Assembly (NCBI GenBank): GCA_951406725.2
Contig: OX597814.1
Location: 26,536,001-26,600,000 of the forward strand
Direction of reading: 5' to 3'
Source of the DNA: Octopus vulgaris
Taxonomy: Eukaryota
Length of the DNA: 64,000 nt
The translations under genes and the position numbers were made by a program. This document shows, in pieces, positions 26,177-38,835 of the stretch. Under the pieces are notes generated by a model that saw only the letters and a program-made list of their open reading frames with translations, made no database searches and had not been told where the DNA came from. Every line of letters begins with the position of its first letter. Position 1 is the first letter of the stretch.

Positions 26177-26781
26177 TGTATGTATGTATAGTAATGTGTA
26201 TGTGTTTATACATATATAAGTCTATGCATCTGTCTAAATGTGTATATATAAAGACAAAGGTTGGTGGAGGTATTCTGAAGTAGGAAGTATTGGTTTCTGA
26301 GACTGAAACAAAAGAACAAAGCAATTTTATTTTTTAATCTAAATAAAATTTTAAAACTGTTAAGTCAATATTAACATTAATATAGCAAAAAATGTAAATT
26401 GAAGGAAATATGAAAGCAGATGAGACTGAGAGGTAGAAAAGAAACCCTAATGTGTATAAAAGAGTGAGAGAGAGTGAAAGGCAGAGTAAAGGAGAGAGTG
26501 AGAGATAGGGAAACAAAGAGGTGAAGGAAAAAAAGTAAGTGAAGATATTGAAATTATGGAAATAAATATATGGAAAGATGTTTGAAGGGGAAGGTTGAAA
26601 TGGAAGGTATTAGAAAGAGAGGAGTGAGTGGAAAAGAAGAATTTAATGAGAGAGAGTAATATAAAAAAAAACAGGTAAAGTGGAAAATGTTTGTGAGAAT
26701 GGAAAAAGAGAGAAAGAAGTATGATAAAAGACTGTCTATATGTATATACCTATCCACAAACATATAAACATACTGTGTATA

Positions 26782-26822
<41 letters not shown>

Positions 26823-27427
26823 ACATGTGCACATACACACACACATATATGTTTGTGTTATGCCATTTTATATTGTTTATTATTCTGTTTTATTTAATAA
26901 CATATAATATGTAAATTTTACATATACATTAGTATATAACATATGATATATGTGCATGTGTGTGTGTACACACAGACACACACACACACACACACACAAA
27001 TCATATATGTGTGCGTGAGAAAGAGAGAAAGAAAGAAAAAAATCAGATTGAGTCAATGAAAATGAAAGGAAAAGGAGAATAAAAATGTAATTAGTTGGTA
27101 GTAGGTTTAAATTGAGAGGATGGAGATTTAAAAGATAGGACATGTGTGAGAAGTAAACAATGAGAAAGAAAGTAAGATACAAAATGTTAGAGTATGTGAT
27201 TTATCCAATGAGAAAATTTTAAGAGGTGGGGAAGCCGATATATTTTTACTTGGTTTGAAAGAGATTTGCCAGTTAAATATTAAACTGAAAAAAAAATTGT
27301 AATTATGGTAACATTGTAACAATCTAATATTATTGGTTAATGTTTTAGAGGTGTAATTGATTTTTGTTCAACAGAAACAGTAAAAGCAAGTTTTAATAAT
27401 GATGATGATGATAATAATAATAATAAT

Positions 27428-28300
27428 AATATCATGTACATTGTTTTGTCTTGGTATAAAAGATGGGCTACAGCAAATATTCTGCTCAATACCACAGATT
27501 TGTTTGTCAGTTGTTTGACCTTAACCAGTTGACCATGTCCCTTAGTGGCTAACGATATATGCATCTCTGATCACAAGCAGAAGTAGTGGGGGAGCATCAT
27601 AGCCGTGTGTTGAAAGGAATTCTTGGAGGTTTGGATAATTCACCTCTGGAAACATGGTTGGTTCTCTTGTACTCTTGTACTTGTTTCAGTCACTTGACTG
27701 CCACCATGCTGGAGCACCGCCTTTAGTCAAGCAAATCAAGCCCAGGACTTATTCTTTGTAAGCCTAGTACTTATTCTATTGGTCTCTTTTGCTGAACCAC
27801 TAAGTTATGGGGATGTAAACACACCAGCATCAGTTGTCAAGCGATGTTGGGGGGACAAACACAGACACACAAACGTATACACACATAAATACATATATAT
27901 ATACGACGGGCTTCTTTCAGTTTCCGTTTATCAAATCCACTCACAAAGTTTTGGTCAGCCTGAGGCTATAGTAGAAGACACTTGCCCAAGGTGCCACACA
28001 GAAGGAATGAACCGGAACCATGTGGTTGGTAAGAAAGCTACTTACCACACCGCCACTCCAGCGGTTCGTTCAACATCCTTAAACAATCCTTATCCGGGGA
28101 CCTTTTGAGCGGGATGGTCTACTCGACCAGAAGAAAATTCTAACTGGGCCCCACCTGCAAAGTCATGTTGTGCACATATGTTTGTAATGCATATGCCTGG
28201 TGTACCCATTTCAGATGGCTAGTCATGATGGGTATACTGGGCTTCGTATATTTTACCCCAGTGTTGCTTTGATGGCATGCACTGCTCTCTCACTCAATAA
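27428..28300 (+). mobile_element. Non-LTR element 3' UTR-like repeat flanked by (TAA)n, interrupted by a SINE
   Basis: GC-richer block between (TAA)n tracts ending ctctctcactcaataataat; split by the SINE at 27666-28060 with short GGTTC direct repeats on either side. Confidence 0.55.
27666..28060 (-). mobile_element. tRNA-derived SINE family A, best full-length copy
   Basis: Minus strand: A box TGGCGGTGTGG, B-box-like GGTTCATTCC, CORE-like ACCTTGGGCAAGTGTCTTC, internal (TA)/(TG) linker, tail (ACAAGAGT)n. Confidence 0.85.
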
Positions 28301-28330
28301 TAATAATAATAATGATAATAATAATAATGA

Positions 28331-28935
28331 GGGATGTGGGAAGTTAGTCAATTACATCAACCCCAGTACTTAACTGAAAAGATGGGCAAAGTTTACCATG
28401 GTAGAATTTGAACTCAAGTGTAAGGACAGAAGCAGTGTCACAAATCATTTTGTCCAGTGTGCCAACAATTCTGCCAGCTTGCTATCTTTATGGTTCCAAA
28501 TTTTGGAGCAAGGCCTGCATTTTTTTAAGGAAGGGGAGAGATGATTGCTTCAACTCCTGTACTTGATTGGTACTTATTTTATTGACCCCAAATAGATGAA
28601 AGGCTAAGTTGACCTCAGAGGAATTTGAATTTGGAACATGAAGTCAGACAAAATGCTGCTAAGCATTTTGTCCAGATAGCTATTGATTCTGCCAGTGCAC
28701 CACCTTAATAAGAATAATCTTTTTTCATTAGATGCAAGGCCTGAAATTTTGGGGAAAAGTCTAGTCGATTACATCAATCAACCCTTATATTTGACTGGTA
28801 ATAATTTTGTTGACTTCAAAATGATGAATGGCAAAGCTGACCTTAGTAGAATGTGAACTTAGAATATAAGAATATAAGGAGCTGAAAGAAATATTGCTTA
28901 GCATTTTACCTGACATGCTAAAGATTCTGCCAGCT
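28331..28935 (-). mobile_element. Three tandem same-orientation copies of SINE family B
   Basis: Motif attacatcaacccc...gacct...gaatttgaact...aagcatttt...ttctgccagc repeated at about 28331-28485, 28490-28705 and 28730-28935. Confidence 0.8.
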
Positions 28936-30149
28936 GGTGGTGATGATGATGATGATGATATTCAGTAGCTTCTTTCAGTTCTGTCTAACAAATCCACTCA
29001 CAAGGCTTTGGAAGATACCAACCCAAGGTGCCACACAGTGACACTGAACCTGAAACCACATAACCATGCCTACATATGTTAAACATCGAAGCAGATGAAT
29101 TTATTAAGTTTCTGAGTAGTAAGCTATTGAGATCCTTTAACTGTTACCATTAATGACATGTACTTGTGCTTGCTACAGTGTCTCACTTGGTTTGTTAACA
29201 TCTTCTTTGACCATTGTATTCAATTTCAAATGAATGAACTCAAAATGAGATATTCTAAATTTAGGTTTCATAATTACAGGTTTAAAATTTGGTGACAGAT
29301 TAGAAGACTTGTGACAGATTGACTTTTAGTGAAGCTAGAAAGCAAACATCTAAATTTACTTGGTGGAAGGGGCAATGAACTTTATTGTAACAGTTGAATG
29401 TTTGCTTAGGAAAGAAATGCCAAGAATAATGGTTTTGCAGCAGTCTGCTAGTTCAAGGAAGTATCTTTTGAACATATGGGCTGACTTTTATCTTTCATTT
29501 CTAATTCCCAGTATTTCTTGAATAGTGAATTTAATTTACAATTTAACTGATACCGACAATATCATATCCTTGAGGTCATTAATCAGCAACTTTAGGTTAC
29601 ACATAACTGATTCAGAGACGAAATTTTCAGATTTAGGGAACTGTCATGAATGACTAAGTCAATGATAAAGTCTTTTGTTGTAGAAAGTATACATGCAACT
29701 GTCATAGACAGAACTGAAGTGCGCATTTACTCTTTTTGAGGATATAAAGATCTTTGACAAGTGTCTCTTTTCCTATATTTGAAATGCGTTGTATAACAGG
29801 GGCTGAATATTTGGTGCGATTATGTCATGGAAAATTCCAGAAATAATACTTTTGCACCCCAGTCAGGTGTATCTTAATGAAAAGAACTCTCTTTAGAGGT
29901 TTGATTTGCTAAAAATATTCTTCTCTTGCCACATCTGTGATAGTGGTGGCAGTGGTAATGGTGAGATGGGTAAAAGAAAATGAGAAGGAATAGGATAAAG
30001 AAGGAAAAGAAGAAGGAATAAGATAAAAAGGAGGCTGGTGGTGGCAGAGGATTAAACATTTTTATAGAAGAAATAGTTTGCATATATTTAAATTTAAAAA
30101 TTAAAAAGGTAAAAGTGTGTGTATGTATAAATATATATGTGTGTGTGTA

Positions 30150-30180
<31 letters not shown>

Positions 30181-30942
30181 CAGAAAATATTAAAAAACTA
30201 GCTGAGAGTTGCCAAAAGCTGTTATCAGCATTCTGTGGACTGCCTTAGGGTAACAAATCAGCTTTGAAGCCATTTTTCTAAACCCTTACAAGTACTTAGC
30301 TATTACTTCAAAATAACTCCTCTATATACAGTTCTATAGCTTCATGCATGCTGCTAAAGCTACAACTTTTATAAGCTTCAACTCTTCTGTCTAACCACCC
30401 AAGGCTATTCACGAACTATTATCTAATATACATTTTTAAATCTCATTTTTTAAATTTTTTTATTGTTTGTTTTGCTTTCTCTTTGTTTTTCCTTTAGCAC
30501 TGGATGTTAGGATAGGATGTGCTTGCATTTGAACCATACAAAAAGAAATTCAAAATTTCAAGTTTGATAAAATATTAGCTCTTATCTGAAGCAAGTGCAA
30601 ATGTGTAACTTAAAAATGAATATTATATATTAAATATGCCACCAAAAAAACGAAAGGAAAAAAGTTTGCATCTACTGATGAGAAACAGGAGGAGGAGTGC
30701 AAGTAGGAAATATGTGTGTCATAAAAATTTTTACCTTTATTTCAACTGAAAGCCTCAGTAATTTTGGTATGGTGTAAATGCTTTAAAAGGCTGTTGTGTT
30801 TTCTTTTCCATGCAATTAACAGAATTATTCCTGCAAAGTAACTTTCTATTTGAAATGTCTAACAATCATTTCTCAGGAAAACATTTGTTCATTAAAACAG
30901 TAAATAAAGATACTATATATATTTACACACAAACACACACAT

Positions 30943-30991
<49 letters not shown>

Positions 30992-31016
30992 CACACAGCT
31001 AGCCAGAAAGACAGAC

Positions 31017-31162
31017 AGGAACGCCCAGTTGCTGAATGGTTAGGAAGTTTGTTTGGCAACTGCAAGTTCTTTGATTCAATTCCACTGGATGGCATCTTGA
31101 GCAAATGTCATTTTTCTATAGTCTTATATTGATGTATATTTTGTTAGTAAAATTCGGTGGAC
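31017..31162 (+). mobile_element. SINE family A head (degenerate)
   Basis: gctgaatggttagg...gattcaattccactggatggcatcttgagcaaatgtc...gacagaaagtgtatagaagccc. Confidence 0.6.
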
Positions 31163-31339
31163 AGAAAGTGTATAGAAGCCCAATTCAAAAGAACCTTGTC
31201 AGAATTATGTGAAAGGTACATGTATTTGTGGAATGCTTAGTCACTTACACATTAATTCAGGAGCAGGTTAACAAATGAATCCTCATCCTCAAATGATGGA
31301 GATCCACACAACCACACACACACACACACACATCCCAAA

Positions 31340-31680
31340 TTGCATTTTCAATACCAGTGTTAATGCCATCACTTGGAATACTTGACTGGTCTGAAGAGGA
31401 AATCCACTGCATAGATATTGGAACTCATAAGACCCTGACAACAACTGGAAACTTGATCAGCAGCTTCCCAAAGATGTCATCAAAACATGTAGTGTTATAG
31501 AGGTCAGCTGCCCTACAGCTATGAATATCTCTTCAACGTCAAAGAGAAAGAGGATAACTTTCAGCATCCAAACCCAGATTATAAATTCACATTTATACCA
31601 AAATAATTTGTTCTCTAGGTTTTGTTAGTAAAATCCTAAGTGATAATCTGGAAGAGCTAGGGTTTGCATCAAAAGAAATC
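31340..31680 (+). mobile_element. Internally deleted R4/Dong-type RLE retrotransposon remnant (same lineage as 58.2-59.6 kb)
   Basis: FSIPVLMPSLGILDWSEEEIHCIDIGTHKTLT and KTCSVIEVSCP...PDYKFTFIP...LGFVSKILSDNLEELGF. Confidence 0.75.
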
Positions 31681-32455
31681 CACCAGCAAAACCATCTTTA
31701 AACAGAAGTTTAACAAGTGACATTGTTATTCACACTCAACATTTCTAATTCCCAGTATTTCTTGAATAGTGAATTTAATTTACAATTTAACTGATACCGA
31801 CAATATCATATCCTTGAGGTCATTAATCAGCAACTTTAGGTTACACATAACTGATTCAGAGACAAAATTTTCAGATTTAGGGAACTGTCATGAATGACTA
31901 ATCAATGATAAAGTCTTTTGTTGTAGAAAGTATACATGCAACTGTCATAGACAGAACTGAAGTGCACATTTACTCTTTTTGAGGATCTAAAGATCTTTGA
32001 CAAGTGTCTCTTTTCCTATATTTGAAATGCGTTGTATAACAGGGGCTGAATATTTGGTGCGATTATGTCATGGAAAATTCCAGAAATAATACTTTTGCAC
32101 CCCAGTCAGGTGTATCTTAATGAAAAGAACTCTCTTTAGAGGTTTGATTTGCTAAAAATATTCTTCTCTTGCCACATCTGTGATAGTGGTGGCAGTGGTA
32201 ATGGTGAGGTGGGTAAAAGAAAATGAGAAGGAATAGGATAAAGAAGGAAAAGAAGAAGGAATAAGATAAAAAGGAAGAGCTAGGGTTTGCATCAAAAGAA
32301 ATCCACCAGCAAAACCATCTTTAAACAGAAGTTTAACAAGTGACATTGTTATGCACACTCAACTGTTGGAACTTTGAAGCTTTGTTAGAAACTAGTTCTT
32401 TTCCAACAGAAAGAATTCAAATAATTAAAAGTAGAAAAGAACTTACATTCATGTA

Positions 32456-32486
<31 letters not shown>

Positions 32487-32936
32487 TTTTTTGTTTTTTT
32501 TTTGTTGATAATTAAATTTCAGACCTCAGAATAGACAAAATTTTAAAAAAAAAGAAATCAATGAGGTACTTCAGATTTTGCAATAAAGAGGAAGAAGAAA
32601 ACGAGTTTTTTTTGTTGTCTTTTGTGGCAGCTTTTATTTGAATCAATAAAAAATTATTATATGAAAGGAGAAATTGCAAATGGGTTGATTTGTATTGAAA
32701 AGAACTGTTTAAAGGTTAGAAGAAACAAGTGGTAACTATTACCAGATTTAGATGAAATGTTATAAATTGTTATATCTCAAACCATTGGACAATATGGGGA
32801 TACTGGTGATGAAAGCAAGTATAGTAACAGTGGTGATAATAATTATGGCGTTAGTGTAACTGCCCATATAACTGAAACAGTAAATTATCAGCTTTTAAAC
32901 TTTTCAATATTAAACTAGGAGATTTGAAAGTGTATA

Positions 32937-33338
32937 TCTTTATATATAAAAGTCAAGTTGTGTGTCTGTCTCCTACGATTTAGATTCCTAACTACTCCCA
33001 CATTTTGCGGTGCAGTTTAACCAAAACCGGGTATCTTATAGTCGTGATTCATATCGAGCCCTTCTGGGTATTAGTAGCACGCGTCTACGATGAGTCTACG
33101 ATTTTAAAAAAAAATTTACCATCATTTTTTTCCATTTTAATGCATTTTTTCGCTATTATATAAGGGAAGTAACTCTCTAAAAATGTCTCCGATGAGTCAA
33201 CGATTTAAAAAAAAAAATTACCATAATTTTTTTTCCATTTTTAATGCATTTTTTGCTATTTTTTGGCTATAACTCTCTAAAAATGCTTATATAGTTATTT
33301 CCCTTACAAACCCGAGCAACGCCAGGCGATACTGCTAG
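32937..33338 (+). mobile_element. Non-autonomous Helitron
   Basis: A|TC 5' end (tctttatatataaaag), subterminal GC-rich hairpin-like cccgagcaacgccaggc, 3' CTAG|T; no TSD; internal ~100-bp duplication; CpGs retained. Confidence 0.85.
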
Positions 33339-34650
33339 TATTTAATAAATATCCTCAATCAAAATGTCGTTATTATTACACAAAACAAAGAGCTGTGGAT
33401 AGCAGAATTGTTAGAGTACTGGAAAAAATGCCTTATGATGTTTTAGTTACATACTTTTACATTCTAAGTTCAAATTCTTTCAAAGCTATTTGCCTTTCAT
33501 ACTTCTGGGTTTGTTAAAATATGTTCTAGTTAAGTAGATATTCCTTTCACAATCTATGTAGTTATGTGTCTATATTAGAAATTATTACTACTCTAAAGGT
33601 AATGTCACATTTAAGTTAATAAGCATTTGTATTTTGCTAAGTCGTACTATATACCAGCTTAATTCTTACTTCCTGCATGACACACTGCTAGACAAACAGT
33701 ATCAGTTATCTAATCTTGAAATGTACTAACATTTTTTTACATTCATTTTGAAGGACATGAAGAGCTCTCTAATGTAAAGGAGAAATTTTCTCCTCTATTC
33801 TTCATTTCTGTTCTGTAATGGAATCATTGTTGGACTTTGCATTTCACTTACAAAACTTTCAATAATATGTTAAGAGTTAATATACCAGTAAATAAAAAAA
33901 TTATTTTTTTAAATCTCCACAAATGCTTGATTTTAGAAGCAACAGAATCTATATCTGTATCAAGAAAATGGAAGATTCATAGAATAAATATAGTTTTGGA
34001 CTTAATACCTTACACTATTTAGTTTCATTTTGAATTCAAGTATCACTGGATACGACCTTGCCACCTGGGAAAACAAGCAGCAGATATGTATTAAGATTGA
34101 TCCTTTTGACTGTGAAAATCTAGTGTTAAACTCCTTTGAAAATTTTGTACCAATGTAAGAAATCAATAATAATGATGTTATAAATGACTATGATGAAGAT
34201 GACAATCAGGAAAATTACAAGGATGTCAAAAACAATACTAATGACACAACTTCAAGATGATATATCACTATATATTCAAAATTCAATATTCTCCAGCTAT
34301 CATAGATTGCTGTCTGAGCACTAAACACAACTACTTCAAATTTCTGCATTGTTTCATTTATCCAAAAGTGTTGTAAATATAATAAAAGAACTGAACTTTG
34401 ATGGCATTAAAGCAGTCTAATTTTGAATGAGAACAGATCAGCTGTTCTCATTAAGATTCTGGACAAGATTACATAAATTTGGATCGAATTATTTTTTAAA
34501 ATTACATAAACAAAAGAGTATTTAACTTTAGAAATGAAGAATGTATCCTGCCATTTACTAAGTCATCAAGGCTTTAAAATTTACATTGGGACTTTAGAAC
34601 ATGATCTGCACCCAATATGTTAATGTGTGTGTGTGTGTGTGTGTGTGTGA

Positions 34651-34892
34651 AGGCAAATGGTTCTGTGTTTATAGCATTGGGCTTACAAATGTGTGGTTGT
34701 GGGTTTGATTCCCAGACCAGGTTGTGTGTTGTGTTCTTGAGCAAGGCAATTTATTTCACATTGTCCCAGTTCACTCTGCTGCAGAAATGAATTACAATGT
34801 CACTGATGTTAGGGTGTATCAGGCTTTGCCTTTCCCTTGGACAACAATGATGGCATGGAGAGGGGAGACAAGTATGCATGGGTGATTGCTTC
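34651..34892 (+). mobile_element. tRNA-derived SINE family C (related fragment at 17560-17690, minus)
   Basis: tRNA-like head ggtttgattccc, then gtgttcttgagcaaggcaatttatttcac; body gcctttcccttgga...ggagaggggag. Confidence 0.6.
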
Positions 34893-35004
34893 TCTCCCAG
34901 CACACACATATATGTATATATATACATACATATATATATATATACATATACATATATATATATACACACATAAACACATTATATATACATTATACGTGTG
35001 TGTG

Positions 35005-35162
35005 GAAGGCTTCTTTCAGTTTCCACTTACCAAATCCATTCACAAGGCTTTAGTCAGCCCAGGACCATAGTAAAAGACACTTGCCTGAGATGTCATGCAG
35101 TGGAACTGAAGCTAAAACCATGTAATGAGTATACAAACACCTTAACTACACACACCCATGTC
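35005..35162 (-). mobile_element. SINE family A, 5' part
   Basis: ggcttctttcagtttcc...caaatccattcacaaggctttagtcagccc...agacacttgcc. Confidence 0.75.
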
Positions 35163-35260
35163 TAAGTAGCCCCTGCATGGTTTTCAATCTACGATAATGT
35201 CCACCTTGAGTCACACTCTACTATCTTAAATAAGGAAACAGTACATTGAGTAAATCAGTC

Positions 35261-35329
<69 letters not shown>

Positions 35330-35337
<8 letters not shown>

Positions 35338-35485
35338 GGTTTGGAGATGATGTACAAGTAGAAGAAATAAGGTACTCAGAAATCTAGATGGTTTTATATT
35401 TACAGATATTTATTAATATGTCACATGTTTTTATAAATCATATATTAGCGCTTGCATCCACTCTAGTGAAGTCTTCAGACTGAAC
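35330..35485 (-). mobile_element. Penelope-like terminal fragment with decayed hammerhead
   Basis: Minus strand CTGAAGA-c-TTCAC-taga-GTGGA-t-GCAAgcg; flanked by (TA)n. Confidence 0.4.
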
Positions 35486-35588
35486 TTACATACAAATAAA
35501 TAAATAAATAAATAAAAAATAATAATAAATAATAAAAAATTATAATTTTTAATTATTTTTATTTATTTATTTATTTTTTTGTATGTAA
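35486..35588. repeat. AT-rich palindrome
   Basis: ttacatacaaa...aaaaattataattttt...tttgtatgtaa, with (AAAT)n and (ATTT)n arms. Confidence 0.85.
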
Positions 35589-36094
35589 TCATATGGATAT
35601 GAAAATAAACAGATCAACATACAGACGGCTAGGTACATAGGTTATAAGAACAAGCAAACACACATACACAAATGGAGACTGAAACACATGACCATATATA
35701 CACACACTTTACTCTGCACAAGGTCACATATGGAGACATGGATCCATACATATAGAGATGAACATCCATACATACAAACATAGTACATAGTTGCATAACA
35801 CACACAGACATACACACACAAGAAGACAGAGGTACATACATATACAAACACATGCTCACACACACACATACATAGAAAATACATAAACACAGACATGCAA
35901 GCACATGAATATGCAGGATACATACAAACAGATACACACATACATACATATATCCATATACATACACATGCATATATACATACATACACATGCATACATA
36001 CATACACACATACATATGTACATGCATGCATAGGCACACACACACACTGACCCACACACATGCACACAAACAAACAAAATGGAATGCAGTGTAA

Positions 36095-38204
36095 ATAACG
36101 GACAGAGTCAAAACTGCTGAAAAGGTTGCAAGATGCAACAAAAATTTTAGGAAAATAAAAATAAGAAATAAGTGGAAATTTTACAGGTGAGTGTATTACA
36201 TTATAAGGCACAAAAAGAAAATGACTCTCCTCAGACACAACAGAATATGCTTCAACACATGAACTCGAATAAAAATCTTGCAAACCAAATCCAAAAACGA
36301 AATAAAAATAATATATTTATTATTAAATATAGTAATATAAATAATCTTCACATGTTTTAAATTATGAAACAATTTGTCTTGATATTTGAATTTTCTTATT
36401 ATTAAATAAATTTCCATCATCCTATTTATTTGTCATTTATAACTTATATATATATAAAACATAGGTAGGCTTTCTGCAGTTTCTGTCTACCAAGCTCACA
36501 AGATATTACTTGGCATGGAGTTAGATCAGAAGACTCTAGGTTGGCATACAGTGCAACTGAACCCAAAACCATGTAGTTGTATAGCAAACCTCTTGAATAC
36601 ATAATGATGGTGATGATGGTAGTGGTGGTGCTAAGGAGGAAGAAAAGGAGGATTTCTTAATATTGATAATTACATCTATACAATTGTTATGAAATACTTG
36701 TTGTAAGACAAAGTTATGTAGCCTATGTAGAGAAAGCTGAAATAAAATTATTTTGCTTTTAGTTCCTTAAACCATCTACTATGTATCACTTACTGATAAA
36801 TTAGGTGATCTTCTGCTAAGCAAATTTTTCTCTTACATGCTTTCTCTAATGGCAGTAAGTATGGTAGAAGGAAATCAATGATTAATACAGAGCAAAGAAA
36901 CAGGATGTAAATTTGTGATTCATCAGTCAAAAGATTACACAGTGTCAACTCAACCATCACAATTTTTTTCAGTGACAATGTGAAATGATGCAATAAAACA
37001 ACATGATTCATTATTAAATAATGATTTCTGATTGAAGCACAAGCCCTGCAGTTTTGTGGAGATGGAGTAGTCAATTAAATCAACCCCAATATTTGATAGA
37101 TACATTATTTTGTTGACCTGGATAAATGAAAGACAAAGTTGACCTCATTGGGATTTGAATTCAGAATGTAGCAAGCCAGATCAAATGCTACAGTCCATTT
37201 TAGCTAATGCTATAATGATTCTGCCTCTTGTTTATTAAGTTACAGAAATGAGTAACATAGATATACAAATATTGCAATTAAGAATGAATATAGAAAATGT
37301 TTAATAAAAATAGACTATGAAATAGACAAACGTAGGCATGGCAGTATAGTTATAAAATTTGCTTTATGTCAGCATTATTCTTGCCTCAGACCTACAATAT
37401 AACACTTCAAGCAAATGTCTTTTATCCTTGCCTCAGCTTGGTCAATACCATATAAGTAGAATTTGTGTAACAGAAGCTGTACAGAGTCCAACATGCAAAT
37501 ATGTGTGTGTTTGGATACATATGTCAGTATGTGTACATGTGTGTGTGTGTAATATTATATTTCACAAAGTGCAATATAAAAATAAATGAAAATATATGAT
37601 GTGTGGAAGTTAGCAATAATGTTAGATTAATAGAGTAAATATTTCATAGCAATTACTTTTACCCAGTAGCATTTTGAGAATATCCTGCAAGGATATTTTG
37701 TAGAATTTGTTAGATATATTACCATTCATACAACAGGCTCAGTTCAATAGATTATAAGAAAACTGGCCTTCTGCCTAGCAAAAGAACAATTTACTCTCAA
37801 GTTATAACTACGATTCAGGCACAAGGTTAAAAATTTGTGTGAGAGGGTGCAGTCAATTGTAACAACCCCAATATCTGATTAGTACTAGAAGGATGAAAAG
37901 CAAATCGATTTTAAAAGGATATACAGTCAGGCTGTAAAGAGCTGTAACTAAATACCACAAGGTATTTTTTATTGTGTCTGGGGTAGTCATTCTCTTTTAG
38001 TGCCTTATTAATTTAACACACTCACTGGTCTGATTTCCACTCATTAATTATTTTTTACTAAAATTTTCAATAGTCATTGATTCTGCCCATTATCAGAATT
38101 GCATTCTTTTTTTTGTATGCATGCATGTGCATTAGTGTGCATGTGCATACATATATGCATGTATGTATGTAGGTATGTGTAGGCATGTATGTGTGTATGT
38201 GTAT

Positions 38205-38236
<32 letters not shown>

Positions 38237-38286
38237 GCATGTGTGCACATTTGTATGTATGTGCCCAGCATGTATGTGTGTGCATA

Positions 38287-38322
<36 letters not shown>

Positions 38323-38607
38323 CATGTGTGCACGTTTGTATGTATGTATTCTGCATATCCATATGCTTGTGTGTTCATGTTTGTGTGTGTCTGTGTATGG
38401 GTTTGTGTGACTATGTATGTGCATCTATTATGTATGGATGTGTGTCTCCATGTGTCCTTGTGTGAAGTCTGCATGTGTGTATATGGTCATGTGTTTCAGT
38501 TTTTATTTGTATGTATGTGTGTATGCGTTCATCTGTCCATATTTCCTATGTACCTATCCATCTGTATGTCTGTCCATATACATATCCTCATATATACACA
38601 TATACAC

Positions 38608-38678
<71 letters not shown>

Positions 38679-38835
38679 CATAACGGCCTACAAACAACAC
38701 TGTCTGTGCATATATAAACTGTGGGTATTGGGATATGATGCCTTCTATGTGTATTTCCCTAGACACAATAAAATATGCTTCAACACACGAATTCACGTAA
38801 AGATTATTGCAAAGAACATGCAAAAACGAAACAAG
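36095..38835. repeat. Unclassified dispersed repeat, three copies: 36095-36306, 37962-38066 (inverted), 38760-38835
   Basis: Shared agacacaa..aatatgcttcaacac...gcaaa...caaaaacgaaa, and ttgtgtctg.gg..agtcatt.tctttt.gtgccttat...acactcac...atttccact. Confidence 0.75.
37040..37225 (-). mobile_element. SINE family B
   Basis: caagccctgcagtttt...tcaacccc...atgaaagacaaagttgacctc...tttgaattcagaatgta...gattctgcc. Confidence 0.75.

Larger units (their letters stand above)
29496..32363 (+). repeat. Complex local duplication A(29496-30032)...B(31650-31740)-A'(31740-32275)-B'(32273-32363)
   Basis: A and A' differ at about 5 sites in ~536 bp; B and B' differ at 1 site in 91 bp. Confidence 0.95.

Noticed and set aside
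27960-28060. tRNA genes at A/B-box sequences
   Set aside because: No full cloverleaf; these are SINE heads continuing into SINE bodies.
4460-30532. IL-17/cystine-knot reading of the joined microexons (VIYRNPVC...VRIGCAC)
   Set aside because: Resemblance rests on a few residues, the phases of 4611 and 30498 do not match directly, and IL-17 genes are usually compact.
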